A stretch of 48,777 nt of DNA from Candidatus Babeliales bacterium (GTDB lineage Bacteria; Babelota; Babeliae; Babelales; JABCYS01): positions 1-48,777 of the forward strand of contig JAFGJD010000007.1 of assembly GCA_016929235.1 (NCBI GenBank), written 5' to 3'. Of this stretch, positions 37,562 to 48,777 are shown in pieces. Each line of letters opens with the position of its first letter. The stretch's first letter is position 1. Below the pieces are notes generated by a model. It was given only the letters and a program-made list of their open reading frames with translations. It ran no database searches and had not been told where the DNA came from. The translations under genes were made by a program, and so were the position numbers.

Positions 37562-37825
37562 CTACTTCGCCGCAGATTCGACAACTCGAGAGAGATACAT
37601 GTACTTCGTCTTGGACACAGGACGTCCTTCGTAGAAGTCAACAATATCACCAACTTGAGCTGCTTCGTTCTCGTCGTGGACCTTATACTTTTTTACGCTT
37701 CTAATAACTTTACCCAGCACAGGATGCCTATAGTCTCTGGCAATCTGGACAACAATCGTTTTTTCAGTCTTATCCGAAACAACGGTTCCGCGCATGAGTC
37801 TTTGTTTCTTTGTTTGTTCAGCCAT
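37562..37825 (-). CDS. rpsQ: 30S ribosomal protein S17
   Basis: GTVVSDKTEKTIVV, HDE, RPVSKTK. Confidence 0.97.
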   Translation of the reverse strand: MAEQTKKQRLMRGTVVSDKTEKTIVVQIARDYRHPVLGKVIRSVKKYKVHDENEAAQVGDIVDFYEGRPVSKTKYMYLSRVVESAAK

Positions 37826-37836
37826 GAGGCACCTTC

Positions 37837-38076
37837 TTACTTCGTCTGTATACTTTGTGTTTCAGCAGATTCTTGAACCAGTTTATCCTGCTTTTGGCTC
37901 AAGTAGGTAAGAGCACGTGCAAGATTCTTTTTCAATTTACTAAATTGAGAATAATCCTTTACATGAGCTGTTGTTGCGTTCAATTGTAAGCTAAAGAGCT
38001 CTCTACGATATCCCTCTACCTTTTCACGCAACTCCTGTACCGAGCTGTTGTGCAATTCTTGCTTTACCTGATTCAT
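37837..38076 (-). CDS. rpmC: 50S ribosomal protein L29
   Basis: Position between rplP and rpsQ; ELFSLQ, KKNLARALT. Confidence 0.9.
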   Translation of the reverse strand: MNQVKQELHNSSVQELREKVEGYRRELFSLQLNATTAHVKDYSQFSKLKKNLARALTYLSQKQDKLVQESAETQSIQTK

Positions 38077-38080
38077 GATC

Positions 38081-38488
38081 CTATGCCTTTTTCACAAACT
38101 TTGTTTTCATCGGCAACTTATATGCCGCTTTTTGCAAAATGATGCGTGCTGTTGCTTCATCAACATCGGCAACCTCGCATATAATTCTTCCGCGTTTAAC
38201 TACTGCTGCCCAAAATTCAGGGGAACCCTTACCTTTACCCATACGAGTTTCGGCAGGTTTCTTCGTGATAGGCTTATCAGGAAAGATACGCAAAAACATT
38301 TTTCCCACTTTTTTCATACGGCGAGAAATAGTCACACGCAGTGCTTCAATTTGTTGCGCAGTTACCCAATGCGGTTCAAGCGCTTGTAGCCCATATTCTC
38401 CAAACTGAACGTCACGCGCACCCTTAGAGAGACCTTTCATCGTTCCGCGTTGCACTTTTCTATATTTTGTTTTTCGTGGCATTAACAT
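38081..38488 (-). CDS. rplP: 50S ribosomal protein L16
   Basis: [25 protein letters not shown]. Confidence 0.98.
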   Translation of the reverse strand: MLMPRKTKYRKVQRGTMKGLSKGARDVQFGEYGLQALEPHWVTAQQIEALRVTISRRMKKVGKMFLRIFPDKPITKKPAETRMGKGKGSPEFWAAVVKRGRIICEVADVDEATARIILQKAAYKLPMKTKFVKKA

Positions 38489-38498
38489 GGTCTCATCC

Positions 38499-39134
38499 CT
38501 ACTTACTTAACTGGAAGTCGCCTTTGTAAATCCAAACCGTTACACCAATCACACCATACGTGGTATGTGCCGTAACCTGTCCGTAATCTACATTCGCTCT
38601 CAAGGTGTGCAATGGAATCGAACCAATACGAAGCCATTCTGCACGAGCAATTTCAGCTCCACCCAAGCGACCCGCACATCTAATCTTAATACCTTTAGCA
38701 CCTGCTCTGAGAGCGCCCGCTGCGGCACGCTTCATAGCACGCTTGAAGCTCACACGACGCTCTAACTGTTCTGCTATGCTTCTCGCAACTGTCATCGCAT
38801 CAGCGTCTGGATTCTCAACTTCTTGCACCGAAACTTCAACGGCGCGACCAGGAAATTTTGAAGAAATCTTTGTTCTCAAATTTTCAATTTCCTGACCCTT
38901 TTTACCAATCACAATGCCAGGACGTGCTGAGTGAATAATAATGCGAATATTTTCACCCGCTTTTTCCAACTCAATACGTGAGACTTCCGCATTCTTGAGC
39001 TCTTTAGCCAAGAAGCGACGAATAGCAATATCTTCCATCAGTTGATCCGCATACGAACCACGAGCAAACCAACGAGAATCCCAATCCCGATAAACGCCTA
39101 AGCGAAATCCTTTTGGATGAACTTTTTGTCCCAC
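38499..39134 (-). CDS. rpsC: 30S ribosomal protein S3
   Basis: [40 protein letters not shown]. Confidence 0.98.
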   Translation of the reverse strand: MGQKVHPKGFRLGVYRDWDSRWFARGSYADQLMEDIAIRRFLAKELKNAEVSRIELEKAGENIRIIIHSARPGIVIGKKGQEIENLRTKISSKFPGRAVEVSVQEVENPDADAMTVARSIAEQLERRVSFKRAMKRAAAGALRAGAKGIKIRCAGRLGGAEIARAEWLRIGSIPLHTLRANVDYGQVTAHTTYGVIGVTVWIYKGDFQLSK

Positions 39135-39138
39135 GACG

Positions 39139-39504
39139 CTATTCCTCTTTCTTTTTGCTTTGTTCAGTTGACACTTTAGGAGCCACCATAACCTTCAGAT
39201 GACTGAGCCGCCTGCGCTGTAAATTTGCGCGACCCATTGCCCCTGGTTTGTAATACGTAATCGTTGGACCTTCATCCACACAAAACTCTCGCACTACCAA
39301 ATCCGACTCTGCAAGGTTCGCCTGGCTCTTAGCATTGGCAACAGCAGATTCTAGAATCTTTTTCAATGGCCTCACTCGTTTAAGTGCACAGGTTGAAAAC
39401 CAGTTCAACGCATAATCCGCATCCTTACCACGCACCACATCAACTAATGGACGCAGCTTGTAGGGCGAGAAACGAATATAACGAGCTTTTGCTGTAAATT
39501 GCAT
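39139..39504 (-). CDS. rplV: 50S ribosomal protein L22
   Basis: SPYKLR, SAVANA, VDEGP, GRA. Confidence 0.96.
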   Translation of the reverse strand: MQFTAKARYIRFSPYKLRPLVDVVRGKDADYALNWFSTCALKRVRPLKKILESAVANAKSQANLAESDLVVREFCVDEGPTITYYKPGAMGRANLQRRRLSHLKVMVAPKVSTEQSKKKEE

Positions 39505-39522
39505 AATTTTACCTCTTCAACC

Positions 39523-39813
39523 TTACTTATCAGCAGACTCTGCCCCGGTCTTCTTCTGGCCACTATGTAGCCTGAAGGTACGCGTTGGCGCAAATTCACC
39601 TAAATAATGACCCACCATGTTTTCCGTAATGAAGACTGGAAGGAACTTTTTACCATTATGCACTGCAATTGTTAACCCGACAAATTCAGGAATAACCATA
39701 CTTCTGCGAGACCATGTCTTAATAGCCTCTTTTTTGCCAGATTCTTTCACCTTGTGAACTTTCACAAGGAGCGACTCATCTACAAATGGGCCCTTCTTGG
39801 TGGATCTTGCCAT
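39523..39813 (-). CDS. rpsS: 30S ribosomal protein S19
   Basis: [24 protein letters not shown]. Confidence 0.98.
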   Translation of the reverse strand: MARSTKKGPFVDESLLVKVHKVKESGKKEAIKTWSRRSMVIPEFVGLTIAVHNGKKFLPVFITENMVGHYLGEFAPTRTFRLHSGQKKTGAESADK

Positions 39814-39832
39814 AATGCGTTACCTTTTCCTC

Positions 39833-40651
39833 TTACTTCTTGCGTCGTTTTAAAATTCTTGGATTTTTCTTCTTACGAGTACGTGTACCCTTGCACCCTT
39901 TTCCCCAAGGAGTTGTTGGGTGGGCCCCTGACTTAGAACGGCCTTCCCCACCACCATGCGGGTGGTCAATTGGATTCATCGCCATACCACGAACCGTAGG
40001 CCTAAATCCCTTGTGACGGGTTCTTCCCGCCTTACCAATAACAATATTTTTGTGATCAGCATTACCAAGAACGCCAACCGTTGCCCAACAATCTTGATGA
40101 ACTAAACGTATTTCACCAGAAGGCAATTTAACAGTTGCATACTCATCAGCCTTGGCGACGATCTGAACCGACGATCCAGCACTACGAGCAAACGTACCGC
40201 CAGAACGAGGGTTGAGCTCAACATTATGCACCGAAAACCCGACTGGAATATTCTTTAGTGGTAATGCATTTCCAACTCGAGGCTCAACTCTTTCACCAGC
40301 TTCTACAACCGAACCAACTTTCAAATTTTCTGGCATGAGCATATAACGCTTCACGCCGTTAGCATAGGATACAAGACCGATGCGCACATTACGATTAGGA
40401 TCATACTCAACGGCAATTAATCTTCCAGGAACATCACGCTCTGACCGCTTAAAATCAACAACACGATATTTACGAATCGCCCCGCCACCGCGATGACGAA
40501 CCGTAATCCTACCATATGCATTTCTTCCGCCACGCTTCTTCAAACCGATCGTCAACTTTTTTTCAGGACGATGCTTAGTAATGTCGCTTGAATCAGTATA
40601 TGACTGATATCTGAGCGATGAGTTACGAGGTTTTCTTGTTTTAATAGCCAT
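39833..40651 (-). CDS. rplB: 50S ribosomal protein L2
   Basis: EYDPNR, VRGMAMNPIDHPHGGGEG. Confidence 0.98.
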   Translation of the reverse strand: MAIKTRKPRNSSLRYQSYTDSSDITKHRPEKKLTIGLKKRGGRNAYGRITVRHRGGGAIRKYRVVDFKRSERDVPGRLIAVEYDPNRNVRIGLVSYANGVKRYMLMPENLKVGSVVEAGERVEPRVGNALPLKNIPVGFSVHNVELNPRSGGTFARSAGSSVQIVAKADEYATVKLPSGEIRLVHQDCWATVGVLGNADHKNIVIGKAGRTRHKGFRPTVRGMAMNPIDHPHGGGEGRSKSGAHPTTPWGKGCKGTRTRKKKNPRILKRRKK

Positions 40652-40668
40652 CTTTCTGTCCTATATCG

Positions 40669-41028
40669 TTACTTTTGCGCTTCTTTAACCGGCTCTACCG
40701 ATGTAGTCTCGGGCGCAACTGTTCCACCCTGTGTAAGAAGATCAAGCGAATACCCATCAGCCAAGGTAACAATGGCTCTCTTTTCAAGAGGGTCCTGCAC
40801 AAACACACGATTCATACGGGGACGCTTTAACTTTCCTTTGCGGATCACAATACGCACTGTCTTTACTTTAACATTGAACAAGCGTTCAAGAGCCTCAATA
40901 ACCTGGCGCTTATTAGCCTGAGGATGAACCTTCAAGACAATCTTCTTCAGATTTTGATAGAGGCGATAGGCCTTATCACTGATGACAGGACCTTGTATAA
41001 TATCATAAATACTTAACTGGAGAGCCAT
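40669..41028 (-). CDS. rplW: 50S ribosomal protein L23
   Basis: PVISDKA, ANKRQV..LFNVKV, KRAIVTL. Confidence 0.93.
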   Translation of the reverse strand: MALQLSIYDIIQGPVISDKAYRLYQNLKKIVLKVHPQANKRQVIEALERLFNVKVKTVRIVIRKGKLKRPRMNRVFVQDPLEKRAIVTLADGYSLDLLTQGGTVAPETTSVEPVKEAQK

Positions 41029-41684
41029 GGTTTAACCATTTCCTTAAATGCTTGAAAATCTTTCTTTAACACAACCCATGTATCTCGAGCTAACAAGTCA
41101 TACACATTCGCTTCATCAAAGAACAATGTGTTCACGTTGGCAATGTTTGCAAACGAAGCTTGGTTCAAGAAATCGTTTGCCTTGAGAAAGAGGGTAACTT
41201 TTGTGTCGCGAAGCCCGGCATCCCTAAGTAAACGAGCTGCCGCAGCTGTCTTTGGAGTACCAACACTCAAAGACGAATCGTCAACACGAACTATCTTACC
41301 ATGCTCTAATTGATTCCAAAAGACCGAGCTCAAAACTCCGTTGCGCATTTTTTTGCCAACCTTAAGCGTTTTCACTCGTTCTTGTGGTCCATGCGCTACA
41401 CCGCCTCCACGCCAAAGTGGAGAACGAGGCGAACCTGCTCGAGCACGACCTGTTCCTTTTTGTTTCCACGGCTTCTTATTAGAACGTGAGATCAAATCTG
41501 ATCGGCTCTTCACAGCAACCGTTCCCTGACGCCATCCTTGACGCAATACACGAACGCAAACCGCAATATTTGCCGGGCAGATCTCTATTTTGTCAGACGC
41601 CTTTGCACCAACATCTTTTGCAGTAACCACATGGGCTAATGACTGCGCCTGCTCTACCATTTTTTGCTTAGTCTCTTCACTCAT
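41013..41684 (-). CDS. rplD: 50S ribosomal protein L4
   Basis: [22 protein letters not shown]. Confidence 0.96.
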   Translation of the reverse strand: MSEETKQKMVEQAQSLAHVVTAKDVGAKASDKIEICPANIAVCVRVLRQGWRQGTVAVKSRSDLISRSNKKPWKQKGTGRARAGSPRSPLWRGGGVAHGPQERVKTLKVGKKMRNGVLSSVFWNQLEHGKIVRVDDSSLSVGTPKTAAAARLLRDAGLRDTKVTLFLKANDFLNQASFANIANVNTLFFDEANVYDLLARDTWVVLKKDFQAFKEMVKPWLSS

Positions 41685-42313
41685 TTTTCACCCATTTGCT
41701 TTCGCACAAAGACACAAGAACCTGATGAACCAGGAACTGCACCCTTCACCAATACAAGGTTGTCTTCAGGACGAACCTGAACAAGCCTCAGTCCTCTGAC
41801 TGCTGTTGCTACCGCCCCCATATGACCAGGAAGCGTTTTTCCCTTCGGAACCCGACCTTCAGATCTCCAAAAACTGATCGAACCGGGGAGTCGATGGAAA
41901 GTCGATCCATGCGTGGCGGGCCCACCAGAGTAGCCATGACGCTTTACAACACCCTGAAACCCGCGACCCTTGGAAACACCAAAGACGTCAACTAATCCAC
42001 CTTCCTGTAAAGCCGAAGCTAGATCACATGCTTGGCCTACCGTGAAGCCTTCGGCATCTTGCGCAAGAGATATTTCTCTAACATGCACAAAATACTTCTT
42101 CATGCTTTTCAACCATGCTTGATCAAACGAAGCGCCTTCGTAACGCTTACGCACTCGACCACATTGAAGAGCGCTATACCCATCCTTGTCCTGCGTTTTA
42201 ATTGCAGTAACAAACCAATGGCCTGTATCGATAACAGTTACAGGAACAACCTCATTTTTCTCGGAGAAAACCTGTGTCATTCCAACTTTTTTGCCCCATA
42301 AACCTGTAATCAT
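41681..42313 (-). CDS. rplC: 50S ribosomal protein L3
   Basis: [34 protein letters not shown]; start at MITG. Confidence 0.97.
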   Translation of the reverse strand: MITGLWGKKVGMTQVFSEKNEVVPVTVIDTGHWFVTAIKTQDKDGYSALQCGRVRKRYEGASFDQAWLKSMKKYFVHVREISLAQDAEGFTVGQACDLASALQEGGLVDVFGVSKGRGFQGVVKRHGYSGGPATHGSTFHRLPGSISFWRSEGRVPKGKTLPGHMGAVATAVRGLRLVQVRPEDNLVLVKGAVPGSSGSCVFVRKQMGEK

Positions 42314-42329
42314 CGACAACCCTTCAAAC

Positions 42330-42635
42330 CTATCTAATCTCAACATCAACACCAGAAGAAATACTCAACTTCATAAGAGCATCCATGGTCTGATCGGTTG
42401 GCGACACAATGTCAAGAATGCGACGATGCGTAGTCAACTCAAACTGTTCACGGGACTTCTTATCAATGTGTGGCGAACGAAGCACCGTAAAGCAGCGCTT
42501 TCTATTAGGCATCGGCACAGGCCCCATCAACTGGGAGCCTGTCCGACGTACCGTTAATACAATCTGTTTCACTGCCTTATCAAGCAGCTGATGATCGTAT
42601 GATTTTAATGTTAAACGAATACGTTGCTTCTTCAT
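42330..42635 (-). CDS. rpsJ: 30S ribosomal protein S10
   Basis: [20 protein letters not shown]. Confidence 0.98.
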   Translation of the reverse strand: MKKQRIRLTLKSYDHQLLDKAVKQIVLTVRRTGSQLMGPVPMPNRKRCFTVLRSPHIDKKSREQFELTTHRRILDIVSPTDQTMDALMKLSISSGVDVEIR

Positions 42636-42646
42636 GTGTAACCCAA

Positions 42647-43837
42647 TTACTCAATAATCTTGGTAACAACACCCGAACCAACAGTTCGCCCGCCTTCACG
42701 AATTGCAAACCGTAAGTCTTTTTCCATTGCAATAGGAGCAATCAACTGTACGGAAAGCGACACGTGATCACCAGGCATTACCATTTCACGCCCTGCTGGC
42801 AAGGTAACAATCCCGGTAACGTCTGTGGTTTGGAAGTAAAACTGTGGTTTATATCCTGAAAAGAATGGAGTTTGACGTCCACCTTCTTCTTTAGTCAAGA
42901 TATACACATCGCATTCGAAATTTCTATGTGGAGTAATTGAGCCAGGAGCTGCAACCACCATACCACGCTCGATATCTTCTTTTTTGACACCACGAAGCAA
43001 CAACCCAACATTATCGCCAGCTTGCGCTTCGGTCATGGTCTTACGGAACATTTCAACGCCGGTAACTGTTGTCTTATAGCTTTCGCCAAAACCAACAACT
43101 TCAACTTCGTCACCAACTTTGACTTTACCACGCTCAATACGACCGGTAGCAACTGTACCACGACCAGAAATCGAGAACACACCTTCAACAGGCATCATCA
43201 ACGGCTTATCGATATCACGTTCTGGTTCAGGAATATAGCTATCAAGCGCATCCATCAAACGTGCCATTGCTGGCATACCAAGATCGCTAGAATCGCCTTC
43301 AAGCGCCTTAAGAGCAGAACCCTTAATAAAAGGAATCTTGTCTCCTGGGAAGCCGTACTTAGTCAATAAGTCACGCACTTCTTCTTCGACCATTTCAACC
43401 ATTTCAGGATCGTCAACCATGTCAACCTTGTTAAGGAATACAACGATCGCAGGAACGCCAACGTTACGAGCAAGAAGAATATGCTCACGAGTTTGAGGCA
43501 TAGCACCATCGGCAGCAGATACTACCAAAATCGCACCATCCATCTGTGCAGCACCGGTAATCATGTTCTTCACATAGTCAGCGTGACCAGGACAGTCAAC
43601 ATGCGCATAGTGACGCTTATCAGTTTCGTATTCAACGTGTGAGGTTGCAATCGTAATACCACGAGCTTTTTCTTCGGGCGCATTATCAATTTGATCAAAT
43701 GCCTTAGCATCTGCTAATCCCTTTGATGCACGCTCTTTGGTAATCGCTGCGGTCAACGTAGTTTTACCATGGTCAACGTGACCAATGGTTCCCACATTCA
43801 CATGGGGTTTTTTACGTTCAAAAATTTCTCTTGCCAT
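42647..43837 (-). CDS. tuf: Elongation factor Tu
   Basis: [32 protein letters not shown]. Confidence 0.99.
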   Translation of the reverse strand: MAREIFERKKPHVNVGTIGHVDHGKTTLTAAITKERASKGLADAKAFDQIDNAPEEKARGITIATSHVEYETDKRHYAHVDCPGHADYVKNMITGAAQMDGAILVVSAADGAMPQTREHILLARNVGVPAIVVFLNKVDMVDDPEMVEMVEEEVRDLLTKYGFPGDKIPFIKGSALKALEGDSSDLGMPAMARLMDALDSYIPEPERDIDKPLMMPVEGVFSISGRGTVATGRIERGKVKVGDEVEVVGFGESYKTTVTGVEMFRKTMTEAQAGDNVGLLLRGVKKEDIERGMVVAAPGSITPHRNFECDVYILTKEEGGRQTPFFSGYKPQFYFQTTDVTGIVTLPAGREMVMPGDHVSLSVQLIAPIAMEKDLRFAIREGGRTVGSGVVTKIIE

Positions 43838-43868
43838 AGGGAGCTCCTACTTGCTTAATACATAACAC

Positions 43869-45941
43869 CTATTTACTGTTCACGACTTCATCTTGCGCAT
43901 GCTTTGGCATTTCACGATAGCATTCAAATTCCATCGTGTAGCTCGCACGGCCCTTCGTCTTAGAGCGAAGATCCGTTGCATAACCAAACATATTTCTAAG
44001 TGGAGCTTCAGCAGAAATAATCTGCGAACCACCTTTCGCATCCATGCCGAGAATTCGGCCTTCACGCGCACTCAAATCACCCATTACATCACCCATATAT
44101 TCTTCAGGCGTCTCCACCTCAATCTTCATGATGGGTTCCAATATAACTGGGGAAGCTTTTGACATACCACTTCTGAATGCCATGGAAGCGGCAATTTTAA
44201 ATGCCATTTCTGATGAGTCAACGTCATGGTAAGATCCATCATACAACGTTGCCTTACAATCAACAACTGGATAACCCCCAAGGACCCCAGAATTTAATGA
44301 TTCCTCAAGACCTTTTTGCACTGCAGGAATATATTCTCTGGGCACAGTACCACCGACAATAGCATTTTCAAATTCGAATCCTTTACCGCGTGGTAATGGC
44401 TCCAATTTAATCCAAACGTGGCCATATTGGCCCTTGCCACCAGACTGCTTGATATACTTACCTTCAACCTCAACTGGTTTTTGAACGGTTTCTTTATAAG
44501 CAACCTGCATCTTACCTTGCGTCAACTCAACCTTCTGCTCACGCTTCATACGATCAATGATAATTTCCAAGTGCAATTCACCCATACCACGGATCACCGT
44601 CTGTGCGGTCTCTGGATCATAGGTAAACTGGAAGGATGGATCTTCTTGCATCATCTTCTTCAAACCATGTACCATCTTTTCATGATCGGATTTGTTATTT
44701 GGCTCAATAGCCACGGAAATAACAGGTGCAGGAACATCGATAGATTCGAGTAATACAAGCTTCTTTTCTTCACATAGCGAATCACCCGTAATGGCATCCT
44801 TCACACCAACCAACGCAGCAATATCACCCGCATGAACACTAGGAATTTCTTCACGCTTGTCAGCGTGCAACTTAATAATTCGGCTAACGCGCTCTTTGTT
44901 ATTATTCTTTGCGTTGTACACATAGGAACCCGATTTAAGTGATCCCGAATACACACGAATAAATGATAACACACCAACAAATGGGTCGGTCATAATTTTA
45001 AATACAAGTGCCGCAAACGGTTCTTTTGGATCAGCGTGTCTAACAATTTCTTCACCAGTTTGAGGATTAGTACCGATTACCGGAGGAACATCAAGCGGCG
45101 ACGGCAAGTAATCAACAACTGCATCTAGCGCTAGCTGGATGCCCTTATTTTTGAAAGCCGTACCACAGAATGCTGGAGTCACTTCGCGAGCCAAAACACC
45201 CTTACGTAAAGCAGCCTTTATATCGCCAATCGAAAGTTCTTCACCATTTATGTATCGCTCTGCTAACTCTTCATCGAAATCGCATGCACGCTCAATAATC
45301 TGAATGCGCATTTCTTCAGCTTGCTCTTTGTATTCTTCAGAAATATCGTGCCACTCGATGCCCGCGCCCATGTTATCGCTTGAGAAGATAGCCATCTTTC
45401 CCGTGAGCACATCAATGATTCCACGAAGATTTTCTTCCTTACCTACCGGTATCTGCATAGCAAGCGCATTACCATGAAGTTTGTCATTAACTTCACTCAC
45501 AACTTTGAAGTAGTCAGCTCCAATACGATCTAACTTGTTTACGAAAACAATACGTGGAACTTTATATCGATTTGCCTGGCGCCACACAGTTTCAGACTGC
45601 GGCTGCACACCACCGACACCACAAAAAACACCGATCATTCCATCAAGTACGCGGAGCGATCGGCCAACTTCAATAGTAAAATCAACGTGTCCCGGGGTAT
45701 CAATAATATTAATTTGATGATCTTGCCAAAAACAGGTTGTCGCAGCAGAGGTAATGGTAATACCACGCTCACGTTCTTGCGCCATCCAGTCCATAATCGC
45801 TTCGCCCTCATGCACTTCGCCGATCTTATGAGAGATACCGGTATAGAATAAAATACGTTCGGTAACCGTCGTCTTCCCCGCATCAATGTGGGCGGCAATC
45901 CCAATATTTCTATACCTATCTAGTGAAGTATTCTTACTCAT
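43869..45941 (-). CDS. fusA: Elongation factor G
   Basis: [34 protein letters not shown]. Confidence 0.99.
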   Translation of the reverse strand: MSKNTSLDRYRNIGIAAHIDAGKTTVTERILFYTGISHKIGEVHEGEAIMDWMAQERERGITITSAATTCFWQDHQINIIDTPGHVDFTIEVGRSLRVLDGMIGVFCGVGGVQPQSETVWRQANRYKVPRIVFVNKLDRIGADYFKVVSEVNDKLHGNALAMQIPVGKEENLRGIIDVLTGKMAIFSSDNMGAGIEWHDISEEYKEQAEEMRIQIIERACDFDEELAERYINGEELSIGDIKAALRKGVLAREVTPAFCGTAFKNKGIQLALDAVVDYLPSPLDVPPVIGTNPQTGEEIVRHADPKEPFAALVFKIMTDPFVGVLSFIRVYSGSLKSGSYVYNAKNNNKERVSRIIKLHADKREEIPSVHAGDIAALVGVKDAITGDSLCEEKKLVLLESIDVPAPVISVAIEPNNKSDHEKMVHGLKKMMQEDPSFQFTYDPETAQTVIRGMGELHLEIIIDRMKREQKVELTQGKMQVAYKETVQKPVEVEGKYIKQSGGKGQYGHVWIKLEPLPRGKGFEFENAIVGGTVPREYIPAVQKGLEESLNSGVLGGYPVVDCKATLYDGSYHDVDSSEMAFKIAASMAFRSGMSKASPVILEPIMKIEVETPEEYMGDVMGDLSAREGRILGMDAKGGSQIISAEAPLRNMFGYATDLRSKTKGRASYTMEFECYREMPKHAQDEVVNSK

Positions 45942-45955
45942 CGATCAACCTTCAT

Positions 45956-46435
45956 TTACCATGAGAAGTGCGAGAAGGCACGATTTGATTCGGCCATTCT
46001 ATGCATATCAACTTTTTTCTTAATTGCCCCGCCACGATCCTGCACTGCATCCATAAGCTCATGCGCTAAGCGCTCGCCCATGGTCTTACCAGAACGTGCA
46101 GATGATGCATTGATCAACCAACGCATAGCTAGCGCCCTACCACGATTGCCCTCTACTGGACGAGGAATCTGATAAACGCTACCACCCACACGACGAGGAC
46201 GAACCTCAATGGCAGGAATAATGTTATCGAATGCCTTATGGAATAGAGCAAGCCCCTTGCCTTGATCTCCCGCCTTTTTGACGAGGACATCCATGGCATC
46301 ATAGACAATTGCGCGAGCGGTGCTCTTTTTGCCTCGTTCCATAACAATATTGATCAACTTCTGAATCAAAGAAGACCCATACTTTGGGTCAACTCCAATG
46401 TTGCGCTGCAAATTAACTGACCGACGCCTTGGCAT
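45956..46435 (-). CDS. rpsG: 30S ribosomal protein S7
   Basis: RRVGGSVYQIP, MAESNRAFSH. Confidence 0.98.
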   Translation of the reverse strand: MPRRRSVNLQRNIGVDPKYGSSLIQKLINIVMERGKKSTARAIVYDAMDVLVKKAGDQGKGLALFHKAFDNIIPAIEVRPRRVGGSVYQIPRPVEGNRGRALAMRWLINASSARSGKTMGERLAHELMDAVQDRGGAIKKKVDMHRMAESNRAFSHFSW

Positions 46436-46438
46436 ACC

Positions 46439-46816
46439 TTATCCTTTATTTGGGCGCTTTGCGCCATACAGAGAACGCGACTGCTTTCTATTTTCTACAC
46501 CAGCAGCATCATAGGCTCCGCGAACAATATGATACTTCACACCTGGCAAATCCTTTACACGACCACCACGAATCAACACAATAGAGTGCTCTTGGAGGTT
46601 ATGACCTTCTCCGGGGATGTATGCTGTTACTTCATTACCATTAGCCAGTTTGACACGGGCTACCTTTCTCAACGCAGAGTTAGGTTTCTTAGGGGTGGTG
46701 GTAAACACACGAGTGCATACACCACGCGCCTGAGGACAATTTTTTAGAGCAATGCTCTTGGACTTGGCTTTATAGCTCTTGCGTCCTTTTCGTGAAAGCT
46801 GACTTATCGTGGGCAT
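46439..46816 (-). CDS. rpsL: 30S ribosomal protein S12
   Basis: [21 protein letters not shown]. Confidence 0.99.
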   Translation of the reverse strand: MPTISQLSRKGRKSYKAKSKSIALKNCPQARGVCTRVFTTTPKKPNSALRKVARVKLANGNEVTAYIPGEGHNLQEHSIVLIRGGRVKDLPGVKYHIVRGAYDAAGVENRKQSRSLYGAKRPNKG

Positions 46817-46951
46817 AGCCTTACGTTCCTATTAAAAAATAACAAACTTGTACCTAAAAAATGACGGGGATCGAAATACCGAACCTGATGATCACGTCAT
46901 GGCTTTAGTCACAAAAACCCTTCCAAAATGGGCATGTGACGGTATAGGGCT

Positions 46952-46979
46952 AGTGTAGACGTTCCACTGTTTTTTTCAA
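46952..46979 (-). promoter_or_regulatory. Putative sigma70 promoter of the rpsL super-operon
   Basis: TTGAAA-16 nt-TACACT on the minus strand. Confidence 0.5.
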
Positions 46980-47071
46980 GTATAATTGAACAATGTATGT
47001 CTTGATGCTACGGTGTACGCACAGTATATTCATACTTTGGTACGATACCCTTAAACGTAAAGGTCTCCTCT

Positions 47072-48205
47072 ATGGTCCCTTCGATTGGTTCTGTTCAAGC
47101 GTTGCTCTCGTTTTTTTTTAGCAAAACACTCCTTTTCGTAATCCTTGGCTCCCTTGGTATCGGTTTTCTGATCGGCTTCCATGAGCTGGGCCATTTTCTG
47201 ATGTGTAAGTTACTCAAGATAGATACCCTATCATTCTCAATAGGAATGGGCCCCCGACTCATTTCAAAAAAATGGTGGAAGACGCAATTTTCATTTTCAG
47301 CACTTCCCCTGGGTGGCTATGTAGAAATCAACCCAAAATCGTTTGATACACATCCATATTGGCATAAATTGCTTGTCATGCTAGGAGGCATAGGCTTCAA
47401 TCTAATTTTTTCGTATGTGGTTTTCATTGCGCTACATATCACAGGCATGCCCGATTCCATGCTACCAATCGCACAAAGTAGCAAGCCTATTATTGCCGCC
47501 ATAATCCCAGAATCACCAGCAGAAATTGCAGGGCTCAGACCAAAAGATATAATCCTCAAAATCAATGGATCAAGCGTTGATGGCAACGTTGAAACCATCA
47601 TCACAAAGGTAAGCGAAAACGCTAATCAGGCGATCGATCTTACTATCAAGCGAAAACGCAAAGAGCGAACCGTTTCCGTCAAACTTGGTGAGCAAGTTGT
47701 AGGAAGATCAGTCTTTGGCTACTTGGGTGTTCAGTTTGAGAAAGCTGTCAGAAAATCTGTAAGTATTTGGCAATCAGTCGTAGATGGCGTTGCCTATACC
47801 AACCGTCTCATTTACCGAATTGCACTCGCTTTTAAATCAATGATCACCACCAAAAACATATCAGGTCTTGGCGGTCCTATTATGGTGGTATCACAGACGG
47901 TACATCATGCATCTAAGGGAATGAAGATTTTCTTAGCCTTACTTGCATTGATCAGTATCAACTTGGCAGTATTGAACCTGATTCCTGTACCAATCATGGA
48001 TGGAGGACAAATTTTACTGCACACTATTGAAGCACTACTACGAAAAAAACTACCCTTAAAAATTAAGGAAGGCATCTTTCTTATCACTTGGATTCTTTTC
48101 TTCGGACTAGCTTTATTTCTAAGCCTGAGAGATGTCGCCAACCTATATCAAGAAAACCGCGCTCAGAGCACTGAGCATCCCATTCATAAGAAAGGACACA
48201 TGTGA
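47072..48205 (+). CDS. rseP: RIP metalloprotease RseP (site-2 protease with PDZ domain)
   Basis: HELGH, LPLGGYV, PDZ SPAEIAGL, NLIPVPIMDGG. Confidence 0.95.
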   Translation: MVPSIGSVQALLSFFFSKTLLFVILGSLGIGFLIGFHELGHFLMCKLLKIDTLSFSIGMGPRLISKKWWKTQFSFSALPLGGYVEINPKSFDTHPYWHKLLVMLGGIGFNLIFSYVVFIALHITGMPDSMLPIAQSSKPIIAAIIPESPAEIAGLRPKDIILKINGSSVDGNVETIITKVSENANQAIDLTIKRKRKERTVSVKLGEQVVGRSVFGYLGVQFEKAVRKSVSIWQSVVDGVAYTNRLIYRIALAFKSMITTKNISGLGGPIMVVSQTVHHASKGMKIFLALLALISINLAVLNLIPVPIMDGGQILLHTIEALLRKKLPLKIKEGIFLITWILFFGLALFLSLRDVANLYQENRAQSTEHPIHKKGHM

Positions 48206-48777
48206 AAAAACATCAAAAAATCTGGTTCATCGCCAGTATCTACGTAGGGTTGCTGATCCTACTTCCATATCTTGCTAACTCCCTATGGATGTCTAAGATT
48301 GCTCGGTATCTGATGCTAGCAGTTACCTTCAAACTCTACACACTATTTTTTTTGGGAAACTTCATCTATGCAGCATATCTCCTTTGGAAAAAGAAGAATC
48401 TCCAGTCCGTGCTCCATACCATATCAAGCTTGATGCTCTTAGTTATGCTTGGCTTTGCAACAACCATGCAGTCCTTCACCTATTTTAAACTTGGGTGGGA
48501 TGAGTGGAAGGCAGCTGCCACACCTCAAGAGAGTGTTATTGTGAACGTCGATAGTTACGACAGCTTACAGGAGCTAGTCAAGAAACATAAAAAGCCCGTA
48601 ATTGTAAAATGCTCTGCCATTTGGTGCCCACCATGCAATGCAGTCAAACCTCATTACCACAAGCTTGCTGAAGAGCTCAAAGATAAAATAACATTTGTAG
48701 AAATTGATACAGACTCGTTCACTGATGCGCAAAAACTCAACATCAAGGGAATCCCCGCATTCATCGGCTACAAGCAT
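48202..48777 (+). CDS. Thioredoxin-domain protein with ~3 N-terminal TM segments; truncated by the window end, absent from the ORF track
   Basis: Manual translation from GTG overlapping the rseP stop: MKKHQKIWFIASIYVGLL...KPVIVKCSAIWCPPCNAV...FVEIDTD...NIKGIPAF; open to the end of the window. Confidence 0.88.
   Translation, partial: MKKHQKIWFIASIYVGLLILLPYLANSLWMSKIARYLMLAVTFKLYTLFFLGNFIYAAYLLWKKKNLQSVLHTISSLMLLVMLGFATTMQSFTYFKLGWDEWKAAATPQESVIVNVDSYDSLQELVKKHKKPVIVKCSAIWCPPCNAVKPHYHKLAEELKDKITFVEIDTDSFTDAQKLNIKGIPAFIGYKH

Noticed and set aside
27847..46816. Many 60-150 aa plus-strand and alternate-frame ORFs
   Set aside because: Shadows of conserved ribosomal and translation genes
48574..48777. 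67-aa minus-strand ORF at the window end
   Set aside because: Antisense to the WCPPC thioredoxin domain

Overview
Bacterial chromosomal window using the standard genetic code (TGA serves as stop in the ligase, map, adk and secY). About 19 kb is one contiguous minus-strand str-S10-spc-alpha ribosomal super-operon (rpsL to rplQ) with no rpmD/L30, an N-terminally reduced S4 and a short L24. The housekeeping part carries an ATP-dependent DNA ligase, pgsA, secD, serS, HU, TatD, SpoIID/LytB, RNase HI, a C4 zinc-ribbon protein, GAPDH, endonuclease IV, PMM/PGM, SbcC, RseP and three tRNAs (Met-CAU, Leu-GAG, Ile2-CAU). The gene content and many signal-peptide orphans suggest, by inference only, a host-dependent lineage such as Candidatus Dependentiae (TM6/Babelota). 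Two accessory zones stand out. (1) At 30-2849 is a tandemly duplicated, diverged two-gene cassette of secreted beta-rich proteins (A-B / A'-B'), with a terminator between the copies; it is a candidate undescribed two-component secreted system. (2) At 23450-27776 is an array of seven co-oriented signal-peptide orphans directly downstream of rplQ. Five have a C-terminal membrane anchor, and one ends in a eukaryote-type prenylation-like tail (KESGCACC). No CRISPR array, integrase or transposase was seen.
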